A DNA stretch of 64,000 bases from Octopus sinensis (GCF_006345805.1 NC_042998.1:123566001-123630000), one strand, 5' to 3'; counted from the first letter of the stretch, positions 1 through 14,307 are shown. Numbers and translations are program-made. Notes: generated by a model not told the origin, from the letters alone.

Positions 1-1470
1 TGTCTACCTCTAATCGTCTACCGTATTGCCTTTTTCGATGTTTTTCAAGCACATGACTCTCCTATCCAATGTCAACCAATCCCTATGTTATATGACCGGT
101 ATTTAACAAGGTGTTGAGTTGCGTAGATGTTCGTGCATGGCATTCACCAAATCTTTTGATTCAGTAGCCTTGAACTCCATCTAGTTCCGGGGGCTTCCAG
201 TTGCTCATTTTCTTTGCTGATTTCCTTCACTTCCCTAGCTGAAACGACAAGTTCAGCCTATTTTAGATAGACTACTGTTTGTTTCAGTTATTGCAACCAT
301 TCAGCATCCTTCTTGTGCTCCTTGCCTTTGCTCGAGATGTCAATCCAAAACCTTTGACTTTAAATGTTATCTGGTATCAATTTCCATCTGTACACCCTCT
401 ATTTGTTTTTTTATAGAATCTCTTCTGATCTTCTCTGAATAACCTCTTCTTTATTTGGTCTTATCTTACCATCTTTGTTTTCTTTGCAACGATGCGCTGT
501 TTCAGTTCCTTCATTACCATTTTCAGGCCTTTTCTTTCAATATCATACTTCCTGTTCAGTGCCACGTATTTTTGTTCGCTTTTAAACCCCCCTTTCTCTT
601 TTCGGTCTAACACAGAAATGTCTTTCGAGAGCATATCTAACCCCGCCTGTATTCTTCTTTTCCTCTATGGATCTCATCTTTTGTCACTCCCATTATATTT
701 GTTTCTTGACACCATCACCCTTATTTTCTGCTACAACAATACTTGCTACTTTGATCAAATTATTTGTTTCTGGGATTTTTTTGTTCTGGTATATTTCAGA
801 ATTTTATTGACATTTTGCTTTTCTTGGTTTAATTTCCACCGATCAACCTTTTTAAGTTTGCAAATAATTTTACTGTCTGTGTCTTGTAGTCTTGCCTTTT
901 TTGCCCATCTGTCATGTCGGTATTAGTTTGATTGACTTCTTCCAAACCATCTATGTCTCTCTCGATACACGCAACCACTGTTCCTTTCCGGTAGCTTATT
1001 AGAGATTCCACCTCTGTTGTCTGCTATGAGATTACTTTTCTAAGTAGGAACTGTATTTTCATCCTTTCCACTGCCGCTGGTTTCCAGTACCTGTGTTTTT
1101 TTTGACAGCTCCGATCTCTACTTCTGTGAACCAACAATTTTTTCTTATTGGTCACATACTTTCTGCTCCGTGAGTTGGAACAATACTCTTTCTCTTCATT
1201 GATCACGTATACGTTGTCAGTATACCCTAAGATGAACACCCTTTTCCTCTACGCGGTTGCCCAGGTAGTAACACTCCATGACCACTGCATTGACTTGTTT
1301 GTTCCATCTACGCTGTGTGTGCTGGTCCCTTGCTGGATAACAACAGACTGGAGTCGGACCAGTATCTCTGAGCCTACCAAATGCAACACTGTCACCATCA
1401 AGCGCTTCAGTTTCATTACCACTGTTATTCTCAATATTTTGTTTTTTTCATCGTCACTCATATGAGGTAG
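1..1470 (-). mobile_element. Decayed 5' half of an R4/Dong-like non-LTR retrotransposon (N-terminal region to start of RT); runs off the left edge
   Basis: Frameshifted minus-strand fragments (ILGYTDNVYVINEEKEY..., K/R-rich linker, aggaagccccc-type KAPG motif near 190-200) parallel the plus-strand copy at 12525-14280. Confidence 0.65.
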
Positions 1471-2159
1471 CGATTATCAGGATGCGCAATTACCAGTGTT
1501 ATTATCGTGACACCATCACTAGATGTATCAACAATCAGAGAATAGGGATATTCCAAACGCCTCCTTTCATTATTATTATTGTCATCACTGAAATTTTAAT
1601 TTTCATTTTTTTAAAAATATTTGTCATTGTTAATATTTCCTCTGATCCGACATAGGTTTTGGCTAAACTGTTATTATCATAATTATTATCATCACTATTA
1701 TTACCATCACTATTATAATTTCCATTTATTATTAGAAAGGTATCAGTAAATGTTGCTTAGTTCCAATCTTTGTCTTGTACTGAAGATAATCGTAAGTATG
1801 TGAAGGTTTAAAGGAATAGTAGGAGCAAGAGAAGCAGCTTGGTGAATTGATTAAAGTCCACAGGTCTGTAAATAGATTCGGTAGATGGTGAAGATATAGG
1901 CAATGGACATTCCTTCCTGTTTGATAAAGAGACAAAAGAGGCCTCACACCCTTGGGGTCAGCGAAGGTTAAATGTGTGTACTACTACTAGCGATCAATGA
2001 GAGTGCTGTCCTTGGCTTTGAAAAGAACCAATTCACCTTATTCCATTTTAATTACTAATAGATAAAATAATTATATATATATATATATATATATATACAT
2101 GTGTGTATGTGTGTGTGTGTGTCTAATGATGTTCACATCGTGGAATTTTTAAATTTGTT

Positions 2160-2610
2160 TGAATATGTTTGACTTTTGATTTGTTTTTGGACAAGTTGGC
2201 TCCAAGTCTCACCTAGAGACATCAAGAGAAAACAAGTTAGAAGTTCACGTTGGTGTTATACCTAGGGTGCCATATATTTGGTTTTGCACGTAGTATTGTT
2301 CAAGAGAATGTTTGAGAAAACATATGAAAACTATGAGTTTCTTTCAAAATTTGAGATTAGATTGATGATATACGCAGGATATGGGCGGTTCCCATGATCA
2401 CTACCTTTTGAATTTCTGATTTTTGGGGGTTTCCTGATACCTGAGCTAGGTAGGAATCTGTCCTTCTTGCTATAATACCTAGGGCACCTATGACAACAGG
2501 TATTGTTTTAGTCTTCAGGTTCCACATGTTGCCAATTTCTATTTCAAGAGCTTTACAGTGGTTCAGTTTTTGGTAGGTCTTGACTGATACATTTATGTCG
2601 ATTGGGATTC
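2160..2610 (-). mobile_element. 3' end of an R4/Dong-like LINE: RLE C-terminus plus 3' UTR
   Basis: Translation IPIDINVSVKTYQKL..LEIEIGNMWNLKTKTIPVVIGALG..EIQKVVIMGTAHILR is typical of an RLE C-terminus. The UTR matches 9887-10078 in opposite orientation. Confidence 0.85.
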
Positions 2611-2850
2611 TTCTTCTTCTTCTTCTTCTTCTTCTTCTTCTTCTTCTTCTTCTCTTCTTCTTCTTCTTCTTCTTCTTCTTCTTCTTCTTCTTCTTCTTCT
2701 CCTCCTTCTCCTTCTTCTTCTTCTTCATCATCATCATCATTTTCTTCTTCTTCATCATCATCTACTTCTTCTTCTTCGTATTATTATTGTTATTATTGTT
2801 GTTGTTGCTGTTGTTGTTATTATTATTATTATTGTTATTATAATCATTAT
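2608..2850. repeat. Compound trinucleotide microsatellite (TTC/TCA/TTG/TTA)n
   Basis: Directly visible. Confidence 0.95.
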
Positions 2851-3539
2851 TGTTAGTGTTGTTGGTGGTGTGGTCGTAGCGCGCCGGACGATGTTCTGTG
2901 TCAATTTTTTGCCAACTTTTTAGAATCTAATCTCAAATCCGACGTGCGCAACATCACTATCCATCCTTTCAATTTCTATAGAATAAATGCTGTTTAAGTG
3001 CTGGGGGAGTTATAATTGACTAAAATCCACCCCCCATCACCTGGTAAACTTGCTGCAGCTGTGTCAAAATTTGAAATCGTTGTTTTGTAGTTATTGTTTT
3101 TATAGTTCTCATTACTGTGTTTCTTTTCAGTGTTCTTTGTGATGAAGAAATGCCTGCAAAACAACACACCTCATACACACACATACCCCCCACACACACG
3201 CACGCTCACACACACAATTAGTTTCACCACGATCTTTATTATGAAAATGTTGATTGTTTTTACTGTATCTGAAAGAAACACTTCAACATCAATTAACATG
3301 TGTTACCATGTAAATCTCCGTAGTTATTTCAATTGTTTGGTTTCATAATTACCAATTTATTAGAAGCAGGAAAGAAAACTTAGAAGCGATTCTCTCGCTT
3401 TCGTCTCTCCTACTCTCTTTCTGCCCCCCCCCCGGTGTATGAGAAACATAGAGATTTATGGAGTTGCGGCAGAAGAGAACAGCAGGTCACAAATGTGGTA
3501 ATAGCGGTTAAGCCTCAGATCATTTTAAGATGTTGACAT

Positions 3540-3555
3540 ATACATATACATACAT

Positions 3556-3588
<33 letters not shown>

Positions 3589-3593
3589 CATAC

Positions 3594-3663
<70 letters not shown>

Positions 3664-3860
3664 GCACATACACATTTTACACGTCTAGTAAATCTTTTTT
3701 GTATGAGACGTTTGCGTTTTATTGTTGGCTCTTTTGACCAATTAGGAAAGTATTATTATTATTATATTATTATTATTATTATCATCAATATTATCAGCAT
3801 CAGCATCATTATTATTAGCAGTAGTAGTCGCAGCAGCAGCCGCAGTAGTAGTAGTAGTAA

Positions 3861-3899
<39 letters not shown>

Positions 3900-4050
3900 C
3901 AGCAGTGGTAGTAGTCGCAGTAGTAATAGCAGTTGTAGTAGAAGTAGTAGTAGTAGCAGCAGTAGTAGTTACAGTAGTAGTAGTAGCAGCAGTAGAGTAG
4001 TAGCAGCAGTAGAGTAGTAGCAGCAGACTACTACTACTACTACTACTATT
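3540..4050. repeat. (CA)n/(TA)n tract followed by (TAT)n/(AGT)n/(AGC)n microsatellites
   Basis: Directly visible; explains ORFs 3703-4017 and 3742-4062. Confidence 0.95.
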
Positions 4051-4716
4051 TATATAATTCACTGGTGCCTAGCTGTCTGTAAAGTTCTTCATTCTTGCCA
4101 AAAGTTTCTTGTGAAGCAGACCTTAGTATGTGTTTTGTGAAACCTGGCCGAATGCGCGTAGCACAGTTCACTGTTTGTATGAATATGTAGTTCATTGCCA
4201 ACTTTTGTGTAATCACGTTATTGACAGTCTGTTGGTTAGAGACGAAACAATTATAGTTTAATGATTCGGTTTGATACATACATGTTCAGAGGAACTAGCC
4301 TATTATATACTGGCAGCGCTGGCTGTATTGTCAGCCATACATGTCTCCTACATTACATATATTGATTATAGTGGATAAAGCATTTGCAATCAAAATTCTT
4401 TTTCGTATATATATATTTTTTTTTCTTTCTCAATATACGCGTCACTTTCAGCTGAGCTGAGCAGAAATTGTCGCGCCCATCTTTATTCTTGTTTCTCCGA
4501 AATAATTACTTATGTAACTACTTTATAGTGATTCAAAAGAAATTCTGTTCTATAGCTTTCAGGTGACAAAACAGATTTTTACATATGTTTAATGCTGATA
4601 GCCATGAAAATTTTCAGATTATGCTAAGCCCTGACAGAAGCTATTATATTCAGAAATGAATCAAAAACACAGCATCGTGTCTGAGTACAATTGCTAAGTT
4701 ACACAAGAGCAAAGCA

Positions 4717-5545
4717 CCGTAAATCTTCGAGTATAGTCTGCCCTTGAGTATAATACGCAGGGGATTTTTAGGGGGCTGTACCTCTGAAAAACCTAAATCT
4801 TGTGTATAATACGCACCCCTTCTCTAACTTGAGTCAAGGACATCTATATAACGTCCTTGGTTTGTGAAAATGTATACGGTAACGTCCTTCATCATATGAT
4901 ATAACTTCAAGTTTAAAGATATTTGAATGAGATCTACGAGGCACTTTATGTATAAAAATGTTTTATTGGAGATTAATGTACAGGTTTAAATCCCGCTTAT
5001 AAAAAATCCTAGTAAAGACTCACAGTAGTTCAATCATTTAATACTGGTATTTAATTATCTATTGTTTGCCACGGTAATGATGCAAGCTGCCAATACAAAC
5101 AGCAGGATGAATTATTTAGCGCTAAACTATTAAACACAATTCGTGCGTATTTAATCCAGCAGCACCCAGTCGAACAAACACTTCCGCGCATCCGTAATAC
5201 AATATTGGTGTTGTTCTTGACTGTTATATGGGAATGAAAATATGGTTGCAAATTGTTGTTGTTACATGTTATTCTGTCTTCCGAATATTTTTATTTTAAT
5301 AAATTTTGCTTACTGCAAGTTATGGATAATCCTTATATGACTTTATTGCTTTCAGGCTTAGCTTAAAGTATTTTCGCGCCCGACATGACAAAATGTGTTG
5401 GAAAAAACATTGCCGGACAGCAAGTAGAGACTCGGACATTGCTTAGAAAATATTTTTCATTTTTAACCACGTATATAGTACGCACTAGGGATTTCGACTT
5501 TAAATTTTAGGGAAACAAATGCAGATTATACTCGAGGATTTACGG
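4717..5545. mobile_element. pogo/Tigger-type non-autonomous DNA transposon (MITE)
   Basis: TIRs ccgtaaatcttcgagtatagtctgc (4717) and gcagattatactcgaggatttacgg (ends 5545). TA on the right flank, CA on the left; no ORF. Confidence 0.8.
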
Positions 5546-7174
5546 TATGCAAATATTTCGCTGGTATTAAGCTTCAGACTTGTCATCAAAGCCCTTGAAT
5601 ATTTTTACATTGCACTTTGTAATATATAAAGAATGATGAAATTTGTGTGAATTTTAGTCTTGATTTTTGCAAATGCAATATTTTGACGTAAGATAGATAT
5701 CATGACAGGATTACGTGACGAAACAAGAACATTTCTACAAAAATCACACTCTTATAGTGAAAGAAATATTGTTATCTGTGATCATCGTACTCATAAAGTA
5801 TTTACTTGAGCTATGAGAAGAAAAACTGGAAGCATCCCTCGCTGAAATCTTGAGATATATCTCACGAAGCGAAGGACGGCATGCAGCAGTATATGTGCTG
5901 TTTTTAAATTGAATAGTAGGACTTCGATAGAAGCTCAGTCGGTATATCATACGTCTGCACTTGACTCATCCCGCACGAAAGTTGACAAAATTATTGCTGT
6001 GTTTAAGTACGCTTCCAATTCTTGAGGTGAATAGAATAACAGACTAATCACGGAATATGTTTGAATACGACTTGTAGATTAATCATCATTATCATCGTCA
6101 TCAACATGTCGTTTATATTTTGTTTGAAATTCCACCACTCTGACGGAATTTGAAATTTTCATTCCCTTAATTATTTACGGTAATTCAGGAAAATAGTGCT
6201 TGAAAACAGCAGTAGCTCTAACAATGGTGGAAGTAGACTCTGTATATTTTCTGAATTCCTACAATCAACAGATAAATATCTTATAAAAGCATCATAAAGA
6301 TTGAAATTTGAAAAGGAAGAAGTGATGGCAGCCATGGCAGCCGTGGCCTACCAAAGCGAGAAAGACATTGTTTCTGAAGATTTTTCGAGAAAGATAGTAA
6401 CAACTGTATATATTCCAACAATGTATAGATACAGAAGTGAGGCGGAAATAGTTAAGCTGTAAACAAAAGAAACCACTACAATAAATTCAGAAACGATAAC
6501 AGCATAATATTAAGCACAGCATCAACACGGACGACGATGGTGAAAGCGAAACGTCAGCCAAGTAGCTAAACCACCACTTACAGTTGCGAAGTACAAAAAC
6601 AAAATCATGCAATGGAATTTAGAAAAGATAAAGTATTGGAAAATCAAGCGAAAAATATAAAACTATTCATTATGTCAGACAAAATTTGAACAAAACAAGT
6701 TATAAACACACCAACAAGAAAATGACCACAAAGAATAAAATAACGTGAATATCACTAGTAAAATCAAGAGATGTATCTCATTTTCAAGAGACAACCTATT
6801 TACAGTGGCCGTATAAGTCGAAAGAATAATTCTATATAGCACGAGAGAGAGAGAGAGGAGGAGAGTGACAGAGGGAGAGAGAGAATGTGATGGGCTAACA
6901 ATTGTTCTCGATTTATACCTTTTTCTCTCTTTGTGTTTACACACGTCGTTTCCCATGCAATTCGTTCAAGGCAATCCTTTACGTTCCTTGACTGTGTCAT
7001 AGTGGATCTATCTATGAGACGCTTTCATCACTATTAGGTGCGTTTGTGATCCAGAAATTTGCAGTTCTTCCTATACTCGTTTCCTTCGAATTGGTAACAT
7101 TTTTGGGTGCTGGCCCCTGAACAATTTTGTACACACAGACACACACACGCACACACACACACACACAGATACAG

Positions 7175-7208
<34 letters not shown>

Positions 7209-7354
7209 ACACACACATACACACATACACATACGCATACACACACATTAAGAAAACAGAGTGAGTCAGAATTTTGGATAATTTTTTTATTAGCGCGTCC
7301 GATCGTTTAGCCGAACTCTTCAAGACAAAACGGAAACTAAAAATGTACACGACA

Positions 7355-7385
<31 letters not shown>

Positions 7386-7789
7386 CATACATACATGCAT
7401 ACATACATACATACATACATACGTACATATATATATACATTCATACATACGCACATACATGATCTCTCTCTTACAACGCCCCCCCCCCCACACACACATA
7501 TATAAATGAAAAAAGATGGATTGTGGTTCATAGCTGCTTCAGAAGTGCTTTTAATTGATGAGTTAATTGAGTAATACATCACGGAAAAGGAAAAAAAATG
7601 TTTTTCATTAGGTTAATACATGTAAGAATTCAACATTTTGAATATCTCGGTAACAAGTACAATGTGTCATATTGGCTCTATCAATCAAAATGTGATCAGA
7701 GAGTGTATATACTACGCTAGCACTTACTACATAGCAATGTAGTGTCTTTTGCATCATTGTCTTTATGTATTTTCATACATGTGTGCCAT

Positions 7790-7995
7790 TATGTCTGTTC
7801 TTGTACCCTGCCCATCGCTTGAAACTGGTGTTAGTATGATTACTACTCTGTAACCTAGCGGTTCGTCTGCAGCAACCGATAGATTATGAATTAAGCTCTA
7901 AAAGAGAATACTGGGGTCAATTCATTCACCTAAAATTCTTCAACAAATGATAGCTCAACTTCGAAGTAGTCTAATGAATGGAACAAGTAAGAGAT
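7790..7995 (+). mobile_element. Diverged 3' half of the tRNA-derived SINE
   Basis: Motifs tcgcttga..ctggtgt, tagcggttcg, accgataga, ctggggtc shared with 19062-19539. Confidence 0.65.
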
Positions 7996-8376
7996 ACAGC
8001 AAATGGATATTTACTTGGGTGAGTGAATGAGAACAGATGAGAGATGGAAAAAGTAAACGAAGGAAAAGAAGGGAGGACTATATCAGCCTAAAGACGCATT
8101 GACAACAAGTGAGACATTGCGGAAGTGAGTAATAGGTAAACGAACGGGTGTCAGTTATTAGTGAGTCATTGATGTTTAGATAGTGAGGAATTCACATATG
8201 TTACTAGTCTAAATGTACGTTCATTCTAGTCACACACGTACAAATTCGGTCAGCCAAGAACTACGTGTATTATGCAAATTAAACCGGCAACTGAATTTCT
8301 ATACACACATTGTAACAAATACAGATATTCACATATAAATATACAGACAAATATATATATATATATAATATATATA

Positions 8377-8413
<37 letters not shown>

Positions 8414-8420
<7 letters not shown>

Positions 8421-8765
8421 GAAGACACTTGGGCAAATGTCTTCTACTATAGCCTCGGGCCGACCAAAGCCTTGTGAGTGGATTTGGTAGACGGAAACTG
8501 GAAGAAGCCCGTCGTATATATTTATATATATATATATATGTATATATATATGTGTGTGTGTATGTTTGTGTTTGTCCCCCTAGCATTGCTTGACAACCGA
8601 TGCTGGTGTGTTTATATCCCCGTCACTTAGCGGTTCGGCAAAAGAGACCGATAGAATAAGTACTGGGCTTACAAAGAATAAGTCCCGGGGTGGAGTTGCT
8701 CGATTAAAGGCAGTGCTCCAGCATGGCCGCAGTCAAATGAGTTAATCAAGTAAAAGAGTAAAAGA
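8414..8765 (+). mobile_element. 5'-truncated octopus-type SINE with a fold-back 5' end
   Basis: Close match to 19062-19539 from gtcttctactatagcctcgggccgacc to the aaaagagt tail. Confidence 0.9.
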
Positions 8766-9179
8766 GAGAGAGAGTATATATGTATAACAAAGTAGACTTG
8801 CAAGGTACCGCACGAGCGAAGATATATAGAAAAGAGGATTTGAAAATGCAGAGGACTTTTAAAGATTTTATTGACTTGACCGGTTTCACATTTATAAAGA
8901 AAGATTTTCAAAAGTAAAATGTAAGGCTTTTTGTAGTCTTTGTTATACAGTGATACAGTCTTCGACAATGATAAGAGCATATTAAGAAATAATATCTTTG
9001 ATAATAAGAAAATGTTCAGAGGGGCTTTTTGCTTAAACAGTTTACATAAAATTGTTCAAAATAGGTAGTAAAATAAATTTATAATTATTTATAAGTCCAT
9101 CAAAAATCATGATTGTATAAAAGCATATATACAGGCAGAATTTGTAGACTGTATTTGATAAGAGAAAGCGTGTATATTC

Positions 9180-9830
9180 TGTATGCAGGGAGAGACGGTT
9201 TCATCCCAAATATTTAAGATGTTACTTGTTCACCCCATGATATTTAGTTTTTCAGTGTTACAGAGTTCACATTTGGTACACCATTCTTTTTTATGGCTTT
9301 AACAATGATGCTCCGCGTTTGGGGGTTTCTTACCCCACGTTCTTTCAATGTCCATAACATGTTGCAGAAGTAGGTTCCATGTCTTATTTTTGCCTTGAAT
9401 GACGCCAAGTGTTGCATATCTCTTTCCTTGAACGAGTTGCCCGTCATTCCGTTATATGCCTTCGTTACTCAGATGGGTGTAACATTGTCTCCAACCATCC
9501 ACCAGCAGTCATTAAACAATTACTTAATAACTTTAGCAGATGCCTCTCCAATCTATTAGCTGATAAATACACTTTTGAAAAGGCCTCCCCATACTATAAT
9601 GCTGCATTAGACAGAATAGCATAAACAGGTAGTCCAAGAACACGCTGAAAAATGATATGGTTTAACCCAAATTATAGTATGAATGTAGCCACTAACAGCT
9701 AGAACATTCTCAAAATTAATAGACCATCACTTTGCACATTCACCATAAGATCTCCACAGAAACAATGTCAAATTTTGCTATGTTTGCCACTCCAATATAG
9801 TTTCGATAATAATCTACAACAATAAGAATA
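9180..9830. mobile_element. Penelope-like element remnant: minus-strand GIY-YIG C-half joined to plus-strand RT C-terminus/linker
   Basis: Minus: TGNSFKERDMQHLASF...LWTLKE. Plus: SNHPPAVIKQL..SRCLSNL..YYNAAL..IWFNPNYSMNVATN. Confidence 0.8.
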
Positions 9831-9886
9831 ATAATGTATATGGAATCTCAATTATAGTAATAACAATAATAATGATAGTGTCTATG

Positions 9887-10074
9887 TAATCTCAAATTTT
9901 AAAACAAACTCATAATTTTCTTATGTTTTCTTAAACATCCTCTGGAACAATACTATATGCAAAACCAAATATACGACACCCTAAGCATAACACCAACATG
10001 AACTTCTAACTTGTCTTGAAATATATTTGTGGGACTTGGAGTCAACTGGTACAAATACAAAGCAAAAGTCAAAC

Positions 10075-10140
<66 letters not shown>
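9887..10140 (+). mobile_element. R4/Dong-like LINE 3' UTR ending in (TAA)n
   Basis: Reverse-complement homolog of 2160-2357; terminates directly in a (TAA)n tract. Confidence 0.8.
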
Positions 10141-10141
<1 letters not shown>

Positions 10142-10193
10142 TTATAATACTTTTAAAAGGATTGACGTAATTCTTCACAAAGGTAAACAGTCA

Positions 10194-10776
10194 AGACGAA
10201 GAGCGCGATTTGATTGTAATAGATGTTTTATTGGTTGGACGTTATTTCAACAGTAAATCTGTCTTTTTCAAGTTCAAAATAAGAAGTGATAAAAATACTT
10301 GAAAAAAAAAAACAAACTTGAAATTGCATATTCTCATAAATTATTCTGAATCTGCTTTACTTTCTCTTCTCAGAATGCATGAAGAGAAATATGTTTGCTG
10401 GTTATTAGCATCACGCCTTGGAGGAATGAAGAAAATGACAGGAGAATATCACCAAATTTATACAAAATTGTGTGATTAAATATTCTTCTTTTTCTCTTTT
10501 TTCTTCTCTCTTTTTTTCTGTTTTGTTTCTGTCTTTTTTTCTGTTCTCTTTTTCCGTCTTTTCTTTTCACCTGTTATAAAATTGAAACTTAAAGACTGAT
10601 GTTGTCAATCTATCATCGTCTGGACGCTGGCTGCTCTCGTTCATACATCACATTTAAACTTCTATAATTTTGAATTTTTATCAATTCTTATTTTTGACTT
10701 GACAAAGCCAGGCGTACAGTTGAAATATCGTTCAACCTACAAGATATCTATTACAATCGTATCGCGCTCCTCGTCT
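10194..10776. mobile_element. Fold-back/MITE-like element with ~110 bp imperfect inverted arms (copy 1)
   Basis: agacgaagagcgcgatttgattgtaataga... is the reverse complement of ...tctattacaatcgtatcgcgctcctcgtct. Confidence 0.7.
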
Positions 10777-10783
10777 CAATAAT

Positions 10784-10816
<33 letters not shown>

Positions 10817-10834
10817 AACAACAACAACAACAAC

Positions 10835-10934
<100 letters not shown>

Positions 10935-11091
10935 TAGTGCTTGGGTATTGAGTGTCTTCTATGATAAGTTAACATTCAAGTATCAAAGCTTATAATTCTT
11001 GAAAAGAGACCTGAGAGACCTCTGGCAACAGGTTGCTGTCCGCTAAAACAGAATCAATCAGAGCAAGAAGACCGAGAGATATGAGATGGAA

Positions 11092-11150
<59 letters not shown>

Positions 11151-11249
11151 TGATGATGATGATGATGATGATGACAACAACAACAACAACAACAACAATA
11201 ATAACAATAATAATAATAATAATAATAATATATAATAATAATAATAATA

Positions 11250-11290
<41 letters not shown>

Positions 11291-11354
11291 TAATAATAAT
11301 AATTATAATACTTTTAAAAGGATTGACGTAATTCTTCACAAAGGTAAACAGTCA

Positions 11355-11959
11355 AGACGAAGAGCGCGATTTGATTGTAATAGATGTTTTATTGGTTGGA
11401 CGTTATTTCAACAGTAAATCTGTCTTTTTCAAGTTCAAAATAAGAAGTGATAAAAATACTTGAAAAAAAAAAAACAAACTTGAAATTGCATATTCTCATA
11501 AATTATTCTGAATCTGCTTTACTTTCTCTTCTCAGAATGCATGAAGAGAAATATGTTTGCTGGTTATTAGCATCACGCCTTGGAGGAATGAAGAAAATGA
11601 CAGGAGAATATCACCAAATTTATACAAAATTGTGTGATTAAATATTCTTCTTTTTCTCTTTTTTCTTCTCTCTTTTTTTCTGTTTTGTTTCTGTCTTTTT
11701 TCTGTTTTGTTTCTGTCTTTTTTCTGTTCTCTTTTTCCGTCTTTTCTTTTCACCTGTTATAAAATTGAAACTTAAAGACTGATGTTGTCAATCTATCATC
11801 GTCTGGACGCTGGCTGCTCTCGTTCATACATCACATTTAAACTTCTATAATTTTGAATTTTTATCAATTCTTATTTTTGACTTGACAAAGCCAGGCGTAC
11901 AGTTGAAATATCGTTCAACCTACAAGATATCTATTACAATCGTATCGCGCTCCTCGTCT
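11355..11959. mobile_element. Fold-back/MITE-like element (copy 2, inside the tandem duplicate)
   Basis: Same sequence as 10194-10776. Confidence 0.7.
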
Positions 11960-11966
11960 CAATAAT

Positions 11967-12047
<81 letters not shown>

Positions 12048-12078
12048 AATAATAATAATAATATAATAATAATAATAA

Positions 12079-12110
<32 letters not shown>

Positions 12111-12267
12111 TAGTGCTTGGGTATTGAGTGTCTTCTATGATAAGTTAACATTCAAGTATCAAAGCTTATAATTCTTGAAAAGAGACCTGAGAGACCTCTG
12201 GCAACAGGTTGCTGTCCGCTAAAACAGAATCAATCAGAGCAAGAAGACCGAGAGATATGAGATGGAA

Positions 12268-12301
<34 letters not shown>

Positions 12302-12345
12302 TAATAATAATAATAATAATGATGATGATGATGATGATGATGATG

Positions 12346-12383
<38 letters not shown>

Positions 12384-12396
12384 AATAATAATAATA

Positions 12397-12431
<35 letters not shown>

Positions 12432-12524
12432 TAATAATAATAATAATAATAAGAAGAAGAAGAGAAGAAGAGAAGAAGAAGAAGAGAAGAAGAAGAAGAA
12501 GAAGAAGAAGAAGAAGAAGAAGAG

Positions 12525-14307
12525 ACTGGGGACGTTTAACACATGACAGCGATAAAACAGTGCTCCGAAATATATCCACAAATATAGGAAATAAAGACAT
12601 CGCATGGAGCCAAAAATTAGCTGACAAAGGATTGGACTATATCCGAGTAAGTAATACTCATTGAAAGTTATTACTATTTTCCAAATGAAATGATGAGTTT
12701 TAACTGGGTATCACCTCCACCTCTCGCACAGTACATGTAAACATGCTTGATACATTACGATCTATCAACACCAGACCATCTCCTGCCCAAAACACCATGT
12801 ACAAAAAATTATAAATAAATTAAATAGCGGTATTATTGAACCCAAGAATAGCAATCGAGAAGTGCGTACTTTAACCTTGTTACACAAACGTACGAAAAAC
12901 TACACGTGCAAAACGATGTGCCAACAGAAATGAACTGATTGCTACCCTACGACAATGATGACCGTCAAAATAAAGTGCCGCACGTAGTTCCTCATGTCCC
13001 GCAAATAAAACCAAAACAGGCATAAATGGACACGTGAGGAATATATTTCAATCTTACACGCTTACTACCCAAAGAACGAAAACACAACAACATATACATA
13101 TAAAATATGGAAGAAAAATAAATAGAAACTTGGATACAGCAATGAACTCTAATAACCTAGCTAACATACGAAGATATATTCTCAACTCAAAAAATATCAG
13201 AAACAGAAATAAAACATTTAAAAGAAAAAATACATCAGGAAAATGTAGATAGAAGCCCCACAACAATGCCAAATAATATAAACACTGAGATAGTAAAACA
13301 CGAAGACAAATGTAACATTTCCAACAAAAACGAAGTAAACAAAAAAGAACAAACCCAGACCGTAGGGATGCATAATAATGTACGAAAAGCACCAAACCAA
13401 AACACCACAGACAAACATACGAATACGAAAGAAAGCGAAACAAATCTAAAACCTGGAAACAACGAAAGGGAGCCTAATGATTATGATACTATAATTATGA
13501 TTATGATACTATAAAACCACAGATCTCAGAATTGCCCACCGACCATACCTCCCAAAAATCAAAATAGACAAAAAAACATCAATAATAAATAGCATAAACA
13601 TGGCCGTCACGGAACTAATAGCCACTGAAACAAATAGCGATATCACTGAGCTAAATAACTTAGTATATGCAGCAGCCACTGCAGCCACAAAAGAAGCTGG
13701 ATACGCCCTCAAAAACATTCAAATGAGAAAAGAGCTGTCGATTCTTAACGAAATTAGTAGATAATCAACGCTACTAAGCAACAAAAAAAAATACTGTGCA
13801 AATACATCACAGAAAAAGATTTACCTGAGTTAAAAGAAAAGCTAAAGCAAGATATCCTTGCCAAAGCACAAAGGATCCGCCGGTATCAGAAACGCCAACG
13901 TTTCTTTAAACAAAACAAACAGTTCAACTCCAACCCCAAAAGTTCTACTAAGAACTTGGCAAAGATAAAGTAGACATCACTGCAGCACCAACGGCAGAAG
14001 AAGTGAAAGAAATCTGGAAAGAAATATGGTCGGCGAATGAACAACCACAGAAAAGGATTATTTAAACAACAAACTTAGCATCTGAGCAACTCTGGACCCC
14101 CATAACAACTGAAGAGGTCACCCAGGCACTGCAAAAACTAAGCAAATGGAAGGCACCTGGGCACGACATGATCCCCAACTTCTGGTTGAAATATCTGACG
14201 GGAATGCACAAAATTCTGGCAGAAAACTTTAACGACATTCTGGCAGAACCAGGGACAATGCCTGAATGGCACACTTTAAGAGAAAGCACGCTGTGAAAAT
14301 AAAACTA

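Noticed and set aside
3121-3348. Strong-looking splice acceptor (ttcttttcag) and a 72 aa ORF
   Set aside because: Runs into a (CA)n tract; no donor or recognisable protein.
2357-4062. Poly-K/R, poly-S and poly-T ORFs
   Set aside because: Translations of trinucleotide microsatellites; only the RLE tail of 2357-2761 is meaningful.
7012-7582. YVCM/CV-repeat ORFs (similar ones near 29000, 36300, 43600, 53100)
   Set aside because: Dinucleotide and tetranucleotide satellite artefacts.
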